From: a bacterium
GTDB taxonomy: Bacteria > RBG-13-66-14 > B26-G2 > WVWN01
Assembly: GCA_035529855.1 (NCBI GenBank)
Contig: DATKVX010000042.1
Coordinates: 8,653 to 72,652, forward strand
Direction: 5' to 3'
Length of the DNA: 64,000 bases
Below, one piece after another: positions 28,209-37,806 of the stretch. The position numbers and the translations under genes are program-made. Below the pieces are notes generated by a model that was not told the origin of the DNA, searched no databases, and was given only the letters and a program-made list of their open reading frames with translations. Positions within the stretch are counted from its first letter, which is position 1. Every line of letters begins with the position of its first letter.

Positions 28209-29234
28209 ATGGCGAAACGCCGAAAGGAAACGGCCAACGTCGAGGAATTATCTCTGGGCGGCACGAAGCCGCCCGTCGGCGTTAAGGTCGGCGAAATGCT
28301 CATCGAGACGGAGAAAACCCTTAAGCTATCCTCCCTCGAAGATAACGGCGGCTTCGACCGGCACGTCCGCGGTACGGAAATCAACCGGCCCGGTTTGGCC
28401 ATCACGGGCTACTTCGACCGGTTTTCGTACCGCCAGGTTCAGGTCCTCGGTATGACGGAGCTCTCGTACCTGGCTAGTTTAAATGAACAGCGGCGCTCCG
28501 AGATTTTTAAAAAAATCACTTCGTTCGAAGGCCTACCGTGTTTCGTCGTGGCGCGCGGGAGAAGGCCGCCGCCGGCGTTAAAGGTAGCGGCGCGTAACAG
28601 GGGTATACCGGTAGCCGTCTCCCGGCGCCGGACTACCGACGTAATCGCGCTCCTCTCGGATTACCTTCGCGACAAGTTCGCGCCCCGCTTGGCCTTTCAC
28701 GGCGACCTGCTCGACGTCTACGGCGTCGGCGTCCTTATTCTAGGGCCCGCCGGGGTGGGTAAAAGCGAATGCGCCCTGGATTTAATCGCCCGCGGCCACC
28801 GCATCGTAGCGGACGACGTAGTGCACGTCCGCCGTCGCATAACGGGGGAGCTCGTCGGCGACACCAAGGAGAATATCCGGGAACACATCGAAATCCGCGG
28901 CCTGGGCGTACTGAACGTCAAGCAACTGTTCGGCATACGGGCCGTACGCACGTCAAAAAACGTAGAACTCGTCGTGAAAATTGAACCGCTCAACCCCAAG
29001 GAGGAGTACGACCGCACGGGGCTCGACAGACGAGTCGTCAACATCCTCGGCGTCGAGGCCCCCTTTATCGTTATCCCGGTGGTACCGGGCAAAAACATTT
29101 CGTCCCTCGTGGAGGTAGCGGCGTTGGACTATCTATTGAAACGTTACGGCTTCGACGCAGCCCGGGTTTTCAACGATAAATTACGCGCCGAGATCGCGGC
29201 CGATTACGAGTTACGCAAAAGAGGAAAAGTATGA
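28209..29234 (+). CDS. hprK: HPr kinase/phosphorylase.
   Basis: Walker A GPAGVGKSE, the VADD motif and the C-terminal capping region; 341 aa. Confidence 0.9.
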   Translation: MAKRRKETANVEELSLGGTKPPVGVKVGEMLIETEKTLKLSSLEDNGGFDRHVRGTEINRPGLAITGYFDRFSYRQVQVLGMTELSYLASLNEQRRSEIFKKITSFEGLPCFVVARGRRPPPALKVAARNRGIPVAVSRRRTTDVIALLSDYLRDKFAPRLAFHGDLLDVYGVGVLILGPAGVGKSECALDLIARGHRIVADDVVHVRRRITGELVGDTKENIREHIEIRGLGVLNVKQLFGIRAVRTSKNVELVVKIEPLNPKEEYDRTGLDRRVVNILGVEAPFIVIPVVPGKNISSLVEVAALDYLLKRYGFDAARVFNDKLRAEIAADYELRKRGKV

Positions 29235-29653
29235 CCGGGATTATGATAGTCGCCCACGGCGCGTTAGCCGAGGAGCTGATAAATTCGGTGGCTATGATTA
29301 TGGGGCGCGTACCCTTGCTCCGGGCGGTGGGGCTGCGCAACGACCAGAACCTCGACGACCTGAAGCGAGAGATCGAAACGGCGTGGCGAGAGCTCGAGCG
29401 CGGAGGCGCCCAACAAATCCTCGTATTGGTCGATATGTTCGGCGGCTCCTGTTCGAACGTCGCAGCGCGGCTCGTGAGCGAGAGCGAACCGGGACAAGTC
29501 GCCGTTATAACGGGCGTTAACCTCCCCATGGTTCTGGAAGCGTCCATAGACCGCGACCTCTACGAATTTAAGGACTTAGTAGCCAAAATGGTTAAGGCCG
29601 GCAGGAAATCCATCGTCGACGTTCGAGCCGTACTGGCCGAAAAACTCCGTTAA
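29231..29653 (+). CDS. PTS mannose-family EIIA component.
   Basis: N-terminal IMIVAHGALAEEL corresponds to the phospho-His site of the ManX EIIA (IVIGTHG) fold; 140 aa. Confidence 0.8.
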   Translation: MTGIMIVAHGALAEELINSVAMIMGRVPLLRAVGLRNDQNLDDLKREIETAWRELERGGAQQILVLVDMFGGSCSNVAARLVSESEPGQVAVITGVNLPMVLEASIDRDLYEFKDLVAKMVKAGRKSIVDVRAVLAEKLR

Positions 29654-29677
29654 CCGAGGTCGACCGTCCGCTAAAAA

Positions 29678-30163
29678 ATGGGCGTTCTTTTATACAGGGT
29701 GGACGACCGGTTGATACACGGCCAGGTCGTCGTGGGGTGGGGGCGTTATCTTAAAATTAATTCGATCCTCGTATGCAGCGACCGCGTAGCGGACGACGAA
29801 TTGGCGCGCACGATGATGGAGATGGGCGCACCGGCGGACGTCAAAGTGGAAGTACTCCGGCCCCGGGAAGCGGCGGCGAAGCTCAACGGCGACGCTTTCG
29901 CCGAACGCTCCGCCATCGTACTTTTCGAAACGCCGGCCGACGCCCTCCGCCTCCTGGATATGAACGTTAAAATCGAGAAGTTAAACGTCGGCGGAATGCA
30001 CTTCGGCCCGGGTAAACGGCAAATCATGGAAGGTTTATCGGTCGACGAAGAGGACTGCCGGGCGCTTTGCGAACTCGCGGCCCGTAATGTCCGGGTTTAC
30101 TTCCAGATGGTACCCCAAGCCCGGCCGGTAGAGGTCATTTCGAAGCTGCCGCGCGACCTATGA
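29678..30163 (+). CDS. PTS mannose/sorbose-family EIIB component.
   Basis: RVDDRLIHGQVVVGW is the IIB-Man phospho-His signature. Confidence 0.85.
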   Translation: MGVLLYRVDDRLIHGQVVVGWGRYLKINSILVCSDRVADDELARTMMEMGAPADVKVEVLRPREAAAKLNGDAFAERSAIVLFETPADALRLLDMNVKIEKLNVGGMHFGPGKRQIMEGLSVDEEDCRALCELAARNVRVYFQMVPQARPVEVISKLPRDL

Positions 30164-32253
30164 ACGGCCGGGTTTCAGCGGTAAACGCGGGACTCGGGGA
30201 GCGGGACGAGCGGCTCGTCTTCGCGTTCGCCGTCCACGACCATCAACCGTTCGGCAACTTCCCGGAGGTCGTGGCGCGCGTTCACGAACGTGCCTACGGA
30301 CCCTTTTTCCAAACTGCGAAGCGCCATCCTCTCGTCAAGTTCTCGCTCCACATATCCGGAGCCTTGCTGGAGTGGATGGAGGCCGAGGCGGCGCATACCG
30401 TAGCGTCGATTCGCGAAATGGTCGCGAGGGGGCAATGTGAAATACTGGCCGGTACGTATTACGAGGCTCTCGCACCGGTCGCGCCCGAACACGACGTCAA
30501 ACGTTCTATCGTCGCGTACGTCGACAAATTGGAGAAAGTTTTCGGCGCGGAGGTCGGGGGAATGTGGCTTGCCGAACGAGTTTACGAACCGCACGTCCCG
30601 CGGATACTGGCCGACGTCGGCGTGCGCTTCGCGGCCTTGGACGATTGGCACTTCCGCGCCGCCGGGATAGCCGCGGACCGACTCGACCGCCCGTGGTTGG
30701 CCGAACACCAGGGAGCGACGTTAACGACGTGCCCGATTTCGGAACGGCTGCGGTATATGGTCCCGTTCGCGCCCGTAAACGAGGTCGTGGGCTACCTACG
30801 AAAACTATACGAGACGGGCGCCCAAATGGCGTGCCTGGCCGACGACGGGGAAAAGTTCGGCGAGTGGCCGGGGACTTATAAACTCTGTTACGAAGACGGT
30901 TGGTTGGACGATTTCTTCGGGGCGTTGGAGGAACATAACGATTGGCTCCGCGCGGCCACGTTGGGTGAGGCCGTCGCGGCCGTACCGGCCGCGGGCCCCG
31001 CGTACCTTCCGGCAACGTCGTACCGCGAGATGACGCGCTGGGCGCTGCCGACCGGTACACAACGACGCCTCCAACGACTAGGGCCCGACTTCGCGGCCGA
31101 CGGCGCCGACGGCGATTTGGTCACGGGAAGCGGGTTTCGTTCCTTTTTCCAGAAGTACCCCGAAGTAAATTTCTTCCACAAGCGGGTCCAGGAAGTAAGT
31201 CGGCGCGTAGAAGAGAACGACCGGTTGCCGGCCGCGGAAGCGGAGCGCGTCCGACGCCATTTGTGGCGGGCGGAAGCTAACGACGCCTATTGGCACGGCG
31301 TCTTCGGCGGCTTCTACCTGCCGCATATTCGGCGAGGCGTTAAAAATGAGCTCGTCCGCGCCGAAGCGATGCTCGACCGCTGTTTAGGGACGTTGGAGAG
31401 CGAAGAAGTAGGCGACTTGGACGCCGACGGCGTCGTTGAAATCATCTTGAAAAACGAAAACGTCGTGGCGGTGCTTAGTTCGCGGGGTTTAGCGGCGGTG
31501 GAGTTCACCCGCCGCGAACCGCCGGTCGTCTTGACCGACGTTCCGGCCAGGCGGCCCGAACCTTACCACGACGACCTGGCGGCCACCGTGTGCGACGACG
31601 CCGGCGGGGCGAAGACGATACATGCGCCGCGCGGCGCCAAGGAATCCGGCCTCGAACGTTATCTCGTTTACGACCGCCATCTTAAAAGGCTGTTTCTGGA
31701 ACGCCTATTCGACGGCGAGACGGATGCCGAGGCGTACGCGGCCGAGGGCGCGAGCGAGTTCGTTCCGTTCTCGTGGGGCAAACCCGTACGAAACGGCGGC
31801 GCATGGCGCGTCGGCGGCGCGATAGAGGCCGGCGACGTCCGGATATTAGGCTTGGATAAAACAATATCGTTGGCCGAGCGGGGTCTCACGCTAAACTACG
31901 TAATCAATACGGAATTGCCCAAAACCTCGATATTCGGCGTAGAATTGACTTTAAATATTAAATCCGAATCGCCTGACCACGCGTTTGTTAGAAGCCGGGA
32001 AATATATGGGTGTAATAACGTCTTCGGGGCTCGGGCCGATAAGGCGTTCGTAATCGCCGACCGCCTCGCGGAATGGGAAATGGTTATAGCGTTCGAGCCC
32101 GCGTACGCGCTTTGGCACGCGCCGATATATACCGTCAATCGCTCGGAGTGCGGCCTCGAAAAAATTTACCAAGGCTCATCTTTTTTCTTTTGGCGGCGGC
32201 TACCCGCGGGTGTGAGCAGCCTCGAAAGTAGCGTCGCGCTGAAGGTTAGCTGA
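30160..32253 (+). CDS. Glycoside hydrolase family 57 protein with a DUF1926-type C-terminal domain (alpha-amylase / 4-alpha-glucanotransferase / branching-enzyme class).
   Basis: N-terminal FAFAVHDHQPFGNF...FSLHISGALLEW...WLAERVYEP matches the GH57 catalytic regions (HQP motif, glutamate nucleophile region); 697 aa. Confidence 0.8.
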   Translation: MNGRVSAVNAGLGERDERLVFAFAVHDHQPFGNFPEVVARVHERAYGPFFQTAKRHPLVKFSLHISGALLEWMEAEAAHTVASIREMVARGQCEILAGTYYEALAPVAPEHDVKRSIVAYVDKLEKVFGAEVGGMWLAERVYEPHVPRILADVGVRFAALDDWHFRAAGIAADRLDRPWLAEHQGATLTTCPISERLRYMVPFAPVNEVVGYLRKLYETGAQMACLADDGEKFGEWPGTYKLCYEDGWLDDFFGALEEHNDWLRAATLGEAVAAVPAAGPAYLPATSYREMTRWALPTGTQRRLQRLGPDFAADGADGDLVTGSGFRSFFQKYPEVNFFHKRVQEVSRRVEENDRLPAAEAERVRRHLWRAEANDAYWHGVFGGFYLPHIRRGVKNELVRAEAMLDRCLGTLESEEVGDLDADGVVEIILKNENVVAVLSSRGLAAVEFTRREPPVVLTDVPARRPEPYHDDLAATVCDDAGGAKTIHAPRGAKESGLERYLVYDRHLKRLFLERLFDGETDAEAYAAEGASEFVPFSWGKPVRNGGAWRVGGAIEAGDVRILGLDKTISLAERGLTLNYVINTELPKTSIFGVELTLNIKSESPDHAFVRSREIYGCNNVFGARADKAFVIADRLAEWEMVIAFEPAYALWHAPIYTVNRSECGLEKIYQGSSFFFWRRLPAGVSSLESSVALKVS

Positions 32254-32257
32254 GCGT

Positions 32258-32974
32258 ATGTTGGAAGGGTCCGTCGTACTGGCGTGCGCGGAACGGGCGA
32301 TTTGCGTCGCATTCGTCGGCGCTCTCTTGGGGTTGGATAATATTGCCGTGGGGCAATTCATGTTGGCGCAACCGGCGGTAGGCGCCGTCTTAGTGGGCTA
32401 CATAGTCGGCGAGCCGTTATTGGGCGTTTGGGTAGCCTTGACGTTCCAACTCTTATGGTTGGGTCAAATCCCCGTCGGCGCGTACGTTCCGCCGAGCGCG
32501 CCGATTACGGCTATCGCCGCGGTGGGTTTAGCCGGGCCGGGGGCGGCGCCTTTGCCGGCTCGAGCGGTAGCCGCGGCGTGCCTCGCGATACCGGTCGGCG
32601 TGTTAGCCGGTAGATTGGACTTTTGGATAAAAAGCCGTAACGTCGGGGTCCTGCACCGGAGCGAGAACGACCTGCTGGACGGGAGGCCGCTCGCGCTCGG
32701 CGGCGCGGTCGTAAAGGGCGTGGCTAACTTTTTCCTGAAAGACTTTTTTCTATTGCTCGCGGCGACGTTCGTCGGTTCGATAATACTAACGTTGACGCTA
32801 AAACACCTCACGCCGAGCTGGTATAGAGGTTTGGCGTTCGCGTTTGCCGTTTCGCCCGCCGTGGGCATAGGAGCCGCGTTGAAGGTGTACTGGAAAGGCC
32901 GAAACATAGCGGCCTTCGGCGTCGGCGCGGCCGTCGCGGCCGCCGTCGCGGCCATATTCGCGTTCGTAATATGA
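32258..32974 (+). CDS. PTS mannose/sorbose-family EIIC component.
   Basis: 238 aa polytopic membrane protein directly upstream of IID, with an IIC-Man-like hydrophobic profile. Confidence 0.8.
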   Translation: MLEGSVVLACAERAICVAFVGALLGLDNIAVGQFMLAQPAVGAVLVGYIVGEPLLGVWVALTFQLLWLGQIPVGAYVPPSAPITAIAAVGLAGPGAAPLPARAVAAACLAIPVGVLAGRLDFWIKSRNVGVLHRSENDLLDGRPLALGGAVVKGVANFFLKDFFLLLAATFVGSIILTLTLKHLTPSWYRGLAFAFAVSPAVGIGAALKVYWKGRNIAAFGVGAAVAAAVAAIFAFVI

Positions 32975-33750
32975 GACGTACAAAACAACCGGCCGAGGTT
33001 TCGTTACCGCGTCGTATGCGCGCGGAGATGGTGATACGCTCGCTGTTCATCCAGGCTACGAACAACTTCGAGCGTATGTTGTCGTTGGGCTTTTTATTCG
33101 CGTTATGGCCGGTGATAAAGAAGTTATACCGTACGCCCGAAGAGCGGCGCGAGGCCGTGCTAAGACACCTGTCCTTTTTTAATACGCAGCCGTACTTCGC
33201 GAATTGTATCCTGGGCGTAGTAGCGCACGTCGAGCTGCGCGGCGGCGAAGGGGTGGACGGCGAGGTCGCGCATATAAAGAAAGCTATGATGGGGGCGTTG
33301 GGCGCGCTGGGCGACGACCTGTTCTGGACCGGCTTGATGCCGGCGGCGGCTTTGGTGGCGCTCGTTTTTTACGGCGCTCTGCCGAGCTACGCCTTCGTCG
33401 GCGCGATTTCGGCGCTGGCCGTATATAACGTCTTCCACTTCTGGACGAGGGTAAAGCTCTTCCACGTGGGTTTGAGGCTCGGTCGCCGGGTAACGAGTTA
33501 TCTTAAAATGCTCCGCCTACCTCGTTTCGCCGTGGGCGTAAAAATCGCGGCGTCGTTTCTTCTGGGGGCATTCACGGTGGCCGTAATATGGCGCGTGGCA
33601 CATGCCGGTTTAGGAGGTTACGGAGCCGCGGCGGCCGTAGGGATAGCCGTGTTCGCTTCGGTAATAGTCCAGAGCTTGGGGATTAGGCCGGGGTTATGTT
33701 GGTACATCGTCGCCGCGGCCGCGACGGTCGTGGGAGCGATAACGGCGTAA
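32971..33750 (+). CDS. PTS mannose/sorbose-family EIID component.
   Basis: Amphipathic N-terminus FIQATNNFERMLSLGF characteristic of IID-Man; overlaps the IIC stop. Confidence 0.8.
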   Translation: MRRTKQPAEVSLPRRMRAEMVIRSLFIQATNNFERMLSLGFLFALWPVIKKLYRTPEERREAVLRHLSFFNTQPYFANCILGVVAHVELRGGEGVDGEVAHIKKAMMGALGALGDDLFWTGLMPAAALVALVFYGALPSYAFVGAISALAVYNVFHFWTRVKLFHVGLRLGRRVTSYLKMLRLPRFAVGVKIAASFLLGAFTVAVIWRVAHAGLGGYGAAAAVGIAVFASVIVQSLGIRPGLCWYIVAAAATVVGAITA

Positions 33751-33755
33751 GTAAT

Positions 33756-34025
33756 ATGGCGGCGACTCGGAAAAAGGTAACGGTTCGGCAGAAGTACGGC
33801 TTGCACGCGCGGCCCGCGGCGTCGTTCGTAAAACTGGCCCGTAAGTTTGAGGCCGAAATAATATTGGAGAAGAACAGCGAACGCGTCGACGGTAAATCCA
33901 TCATGGGAGTCATGATGTTGGCGATATCCCGGGGCGAAACGGTTTACTTGGAGGCGGACGGCCCGGACGGAGAACGGGCGTGCGAACAGCTCAAATCGTT
34001 TTTGGAAAACGGGACCCTCGACTGA
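33756..34025 (+). CDS. ptsH: Phosphocarrier protein HPr.
   Basis: GLHARPA (His15) and GKSIMGVM (Ser46, the HprK target). Start taken at the internal ATG 33756, 6 nt after the IID stop. Confidence 0.9.
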   Translation: MAATRKKVTVRQKYGLHARPAASFVKLARKFEAEIILEKNSERVDGKSIMGVMMLAISRGETVYLEADGPDGERACEQLKSFLENGTLD

Positions 34026-34031
34026 ACTGAC

Positions 34032-35783
34032 GTGAAAGAGTTTTCGGGCATTCCGGTAAGCGGCGGCGTAGCGCTGGGTAGAGCGTTCGTCGTAGCTCCG
34101 CGCGAGCTTACGGTGGAGGAACGTAAGATATCCCCCGCCGAGGTCGAAGCGGAGCAAGCGCGACTGGCGCGGGCCCTCGCCTTTACGCGCGACGAGTTCG
34201 CGTCGCTGCGGGACGAGGTCAAGAAACACGAGACGTCGATACGGGCCGAAATATTGGACGCGTATATGTTAGTCCTGGACGACGAGATGTTGACCGAGAA
34301 AGCCCGAGAAAAGATCCGTGAAGAGGAGGTATCGGCCGAGTACGCGTTCAAAACGGCGCTCGACGATATGTTGGGAGTCTTTGAGGCTATGGAGGACCCG
34401 TACTTCCGAGAACGCGCCGTGGATTTACGCGACGTCGGCAACCGCGTCGTAATGAACCTCCTGGGCGTGGCTTACCGCTTGTTCGAGGACCTGGGCGAGA
34501 ATTCGATACTCGTAACTCACGACCTGCCGCCCTCGGACGCGGCCGCGCTGCCGCGCGATAAAGTCCGCGCGATCGTGACTGAAGTGGGGAGCCGGACTTC
34601 CCATACCGCGATTATGGCTCGTAGTATGGAAGTGCCGGCGGTAGTGGGCGCCAGCGGCGTAGTCGGCTACGTCCGCGCGGGAGACAACCTCGTCGTGGAC
34701 GGCATAAGCGGCCGCGTTATCGTAAGCCCGAGCGACGAAGTCACGGCGGGGTATGAGAAGCTAACGCGCGAATTGCTGGAGGAAAAAAAACGTCGCGCCC
34801 GCCTGGCGGAGCTCCCCGCGACGACGCTCGACGGGTATCGGATAGAGCTTTCGGCAAACATCGAGCTTTTGCCGGAACTGGAAGCCGTACGACGGCACGG
34901 CTGCGACGGCATCGGCCTTTACCGTACGGAGTTCTTGTTCCTGCACCGGAGCGACCTCCCCTCCGAGGAAGAACAGCTGGAAGCGTACCGGAGAGCGGCG
35001 GAGGCTTCCTTCCCCCACTCCTGCATTATCAGGACTATCGACATCGGCGGCGATAAGTTTTTATCCTTTCCGGAAGTGGCGCGCGAGCTCAACCCCTTCC
35101 TCGGCTTACGTGCGATACGGTTTTGTTTGAAACGCCAGGATATATTTCGGACGCAACTTCGCGCCATCTTACGGGCTACCGCGTACGGAAGAATAAAAGT
35201 TATGTTCCCCATGATCTCCGACGTGGGGGAGTTGCGCGCCGCCAAAGAGATTCTCGCGGACGTCAGGCGCGAGCTGGAGCGGGAAGGGCGTTTTGTCGAC
35301 GAGGCGCTCGAAGTGGGCATCATGGTCGAAGTCCCGTCGGCGGCGCTCGACGCCGACCTATTGGCCCAGGAGTGCGACTTCTTCAGCTTGGGCACTAACG
35401 ACTTGATCCAATATACCTTAGCGGTCGACCGGGGCAACGAAAAGATCGCCTATCTTTACGAGCCCTTTCACCCCGCGGTATTGAAACTTATAAAAACCAC
35501 CGCCGACGCGGCCCACCGCAACCGCATATGGGTGGGCGTATGCGGCGAAATGATCGCCGACCCCAAAGCGGCTATACTTTTACTGGGCCTTTCCTTCGAC
35601 GAGTTCAGCGCGAGCCCGGCCTCGGTTCCCGATATTAAAATAGTCTTAAGAACCGCCCGGTACGTCGACGCGCGCTACGTTGCCGAGCAGGCGGTCCGGA
35701 TGACGTCGGCTTCGGAGATTCGCGCGTTTTTAGCCCGGGAGCTGGCCGAGATGGGAGTACCGGCTTTCCGATGCCAATGGTAA
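34032..35783 (+). CDS. ptsI: Phosphoenolpyruvate-protein phosphotransferase (Enzyme I).
   Basis: GSRTSHTAIMAR (phospho-His), PEP-utilisers domain and C-terminal TIM barrel (GTNDLIQY); 583 aa. Confidence 0.95.
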   Translation: MKEFSGIPVSGGVALGRAFVVAPRELTVEERKISPAEVEAEQARLARALAFTRDEFASLRDEVKKHETSIRAEILDAYMLVLDDEMLTEKAREKIREEEVSAEYAFKTALDDMLGVFEAMEDPYFRERAVDLRDVGNRVVMNLLGVAYRLFEDLGENSILVTHDLPPSDAAALPRDKVRAIVTEVGSRTSHTAIMARSMEVPAVVGASGVVGYVRAGDNLVVDGISGRVIVSPSDEVTAGYEKLTRELLEEKKRRARLAELPATTLDGYRIELSANIELLPELEAVRRHGCDGIGLYRTEFLFLHRSDLPSEEEQLEAYRRAAEASFPHSCIIRTIDIGGDKFLSFPEVARELNPFLGLRAIRFCLKRQDIFRTQLRAILRATAYGRIKVMFPMISDVGELRAAKEILADVRRELEREGRFVDEALEVGIMVEVPSAALDADLLAQECDFFSLGTNDLIQYTLAVDRGNEKIAYLYEPFHPAVLKLIKTTADAAHRNRIWVGVCGEMIADPKAAILLLGLSFDEFSASPASVPDIKIVLRTARYVDARYVAEQAVRMTSASEIRAFLARELAEMGVPAFRCQW

Positions 35784-36733
35784 AAAAGACGCTCTATATT
35801 ACGTTATTGCTGGCCGCGCTGGCTTGCCGCAGCAACCTATTTCTAGGTAAAGTCGAAGGCGTGGCGGCCAATATTTATGCCCCCAACGGTCGGACGCCGG
35901 CCTACCGCGCCGAAGTGGTCGTTGCGGACCTCAAGGCGGGGGGCTACTACGGCGAAACCGTTACGTCGGCGACGGGTTATTTCGCGATAGCGGGTATCCC
36001 GGACGGGTTATACCGCATCAACGTGACCTCACCGAACGGCTTTTTAAAAACCGGCTTCCACGTCGACGTCGTCGACGGTTATTCAGCCGCCGACGTCGAA
36101 GTGCTGCTGGCTCCGGCTCGAGTCGGCACCTTCTTTAACGTCCCGGGCCGTTACGACGATATGGGAGCGCTCTTCGCCGACCTCGGCTACCTGTATAAAA
36201 CCGTACGCGCGGAGGCCTTCGCCGGAAACCAAAACCCCCTGCGGGACGCGGACATACTTTGCTTGAACAGCGGCGTCGACCTGACGCCGGCTCAGGAGGA
36301 GGCCTTTATAACGAACCTGCGCTCGTTCGTCGAAGAAGGAGGGCTACTGATAACGTCCGACCGAGCGTGGCCGTTCCTCAAAGCCGCGTGGCCGGGGAAG
36401 GTTACTTGGCGGGCCGACCCGGAGATAGGCAAACCGGGGCAAGACGTGGATGGGGTTTTCGTCGACGCCGACTTAAGAAAGTACGCGACGATTTCGAAGT
36501 GGCGATTAAAGTATGACCTGGGCAATTGGGCCATACCGGACGATACAACCGGTACCGTTTTCGTCAGCGGCGACGTCGAGACCTCCTCCGGCACGCGGGG
36601 CAACGCGCCGCTGCTCATCGGCTTCGCGTACGGCCGCGGCTTCGTCGCTTTCAGCACGTTCGATTGGCGAAAGCAATATGGCCACGGCCGGGTAGCTATC
36701 CAAGTCTTCAATTATCTTATAACGAATAAGTGA
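35771..36733 (+). CDS. Secreted protein: carboxypeptidase-regulatory-like N-domain plus a class-I glutamine-amidotransferase/ThuA-like C-domain; function unknown.
   Basis: Signal peptide; GYFAIAGIPDGLYRINVTSPNGF is a CarboxypepD_reg-like beta-sandwich; C-terminal ADILCLNSGVDLTPAQEEAFITNLRSFVEEGGLLITSD. Confidence 0.45.
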   Translation: MPMVKKTLYITLLLAALACRSNLFLGKVEGVAANIYAPNGRTPAYRAEVVVADLKAGGYYGETVTSATGYFAIAGIPDGLYRINVTSPNGFLKTGFHVDVVDGYSAADVEVLLAPARVGTFFNVPGRYDDMGALFADLGYLYKTVRAEAFAGNQNPLRDADILCLNSGVDLTPAQEEAFITNLRSFVEEGGLLITSDRAWPFLKAAWPGKVTWRADPEIGKPGQDVDGVFVDADLRKYATISKWRLKYDLGNWAIPDDTTGTVFVSGDVETSSGTRGNAPLLIGFAYGRGFVAFSTFDWRKQYGHGRVAIQVFNYLITNK

Positions 36734-36780
36734 TATAATTTATAATATAGTGTCGGCGCCGCGTCCCCGCGGCCGGCTCG

Positions 36781-36806
36781 GGCGCGTCGGACGGCGCGCC
36801 TTTTAT
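36781..36806 (+). terminator. Intrinsic terminator: GGCGCG-N8-CGCGCC followed by TTTTAT.
   Basis: GC hairpin plus T-tract read from the sequence, 48 nt after the stop of the secreted-protein gene. Confidence 0.5.
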
Positions 36807-36811
36807 GCAAT

Positions 36812-37336
36812 ATGGGAAAAGAGCCCGCGGTCCTTCCGGTTTTAGGCGTAATAGCAGCGGCCGGCGTATCGCTCGACGACGTCGTCCGGGCCGCGAACGA
36901 CGAAATCTTCGAGACCGCGCGAGAGACGGACCGCATACCTTTCGACTTTACGGACTACTACCGGAAAGGAATGGGCCCCGGCCTTATACGTTTTTGGTGC
37001 GCCGGCGCCCATCTTGTCCCGGCGTCCGCCCTCGCCGATTGCAAGTTGGCCGGCGTCGCGCTGGAAGACCGATGGCGGCGAGCGGGCGAAAGACGAGTCA
37101 ACCTCGACCCCGGATACATCTCGGCTTTACAACTGGTTCTCGCGACTACCAAACCGCTGCCGCAAGCGGTTTACCTCCGCGGCGGTATATACGCCGTCGT
37201 CGAGCTCATCTATCGCGACGGCGCCTTCGCGACCCTGCCTTGGACGTACCCCGACTACGACAGAGCCGCGAAGGACAACCTGTTCCAACCTTTCCGGTCG
37301 CACCTCCTGAAGCTGCAGCGGGAGGTGGGGAAGTAG
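36812..37336 (+). CDS. DUF4416 family protein.
   Basis: MGKEPAVLPVLGVIAA...; 174 aa; matches the DUF4416 N-terminal pattern. First gene of the tsaE-tsaB-rimI block. Confidence 0.6.
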   Translation: MGKEPAVLPVLGVIAAAGVSLDDVVRAANDEIFETARETDRIPFDFTDYYRKGMGPGLIRFWCAGAHLVPASALADCKLAGVALEDRWRRAGERRVNLDPGYISALQLVLATTKPLPQAVYLRGGIYAVVELIYRDGAFATLPWTYPDYDRAAKDNLFQPFRSHLLKLQREVGK

Positions 37337-37341
37337 ACGCC

Positions 37342-37806
37342 GTGCGAGAAGTGGTTACCGCTTCCCCCCGTGCGACCGCGGCGCTCGCCGAACGGCTCGC
37401 GGTTACGCTGCCGCCCGGCGTCGTCCTTCTATTGGACGGCGACCTGGGCGGGGGCAAAACGACGTTCGTGAAAGGTTTGGCCCGCGGGTTAAAGGCGACG
37501 GAAGAGGCGCGGAGCCCGACCTTCACGCTCGTGAGGGAGTACGGCCCGCTGGTCCACGCGGACTTGTACCGGCTCGACGCCACGGAGGCCGCCGGCCTCG
37601 GCTGGGATGATTACCTGGACGACAAACGAATCGTGGCCGTGGAATGGAGCTCGCACCTCCCGCCCCGCTTTTGGGGTAAAGGCACCCTTTTAATAAAACT
37701 GTATTTCGAAATCGTCGACAAGAAACGCCGGCGGATAGGTTTGGAGTTGGACGGGCCGGTAGCGCCGAAGCTCCGGCGCCGGCTCGAGGGCCTATTTTGC
37801 GAGTAG
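37342..37806 (+). CDS. tsaE: tRNA threonylcarbamoyladenosine biosynthesis ATPase TsaE.
   Basis: Walker A LLLDGDLGGGKTTFVKG and the conserved SPTFTL / HADLYRL motifs. GTG start 6 nt after the DUF4416 stop. Confidence 0.8.
   Translation: MREVVTASPRATAALAERLAVTLPPGVVLLLDGDLGGGKTTFVKGLARGLKATEEARSPTFTLVREYGPLVHADLYRLDATEAAGLGWDDYLDDKRIVAVEWSSHLPPRFWGKGTLLIKLYFEIVDKKRRRIGLELDGPVAPKLRRRLEGLFCE

Noticed and set aside
33696-33755. Upstream start for HPr (MLVHRRRGRDGRG...).
   Set aside because: It overlaps the EIID gene in another frame. HPr homology, including His15, begins at ATG 33756.
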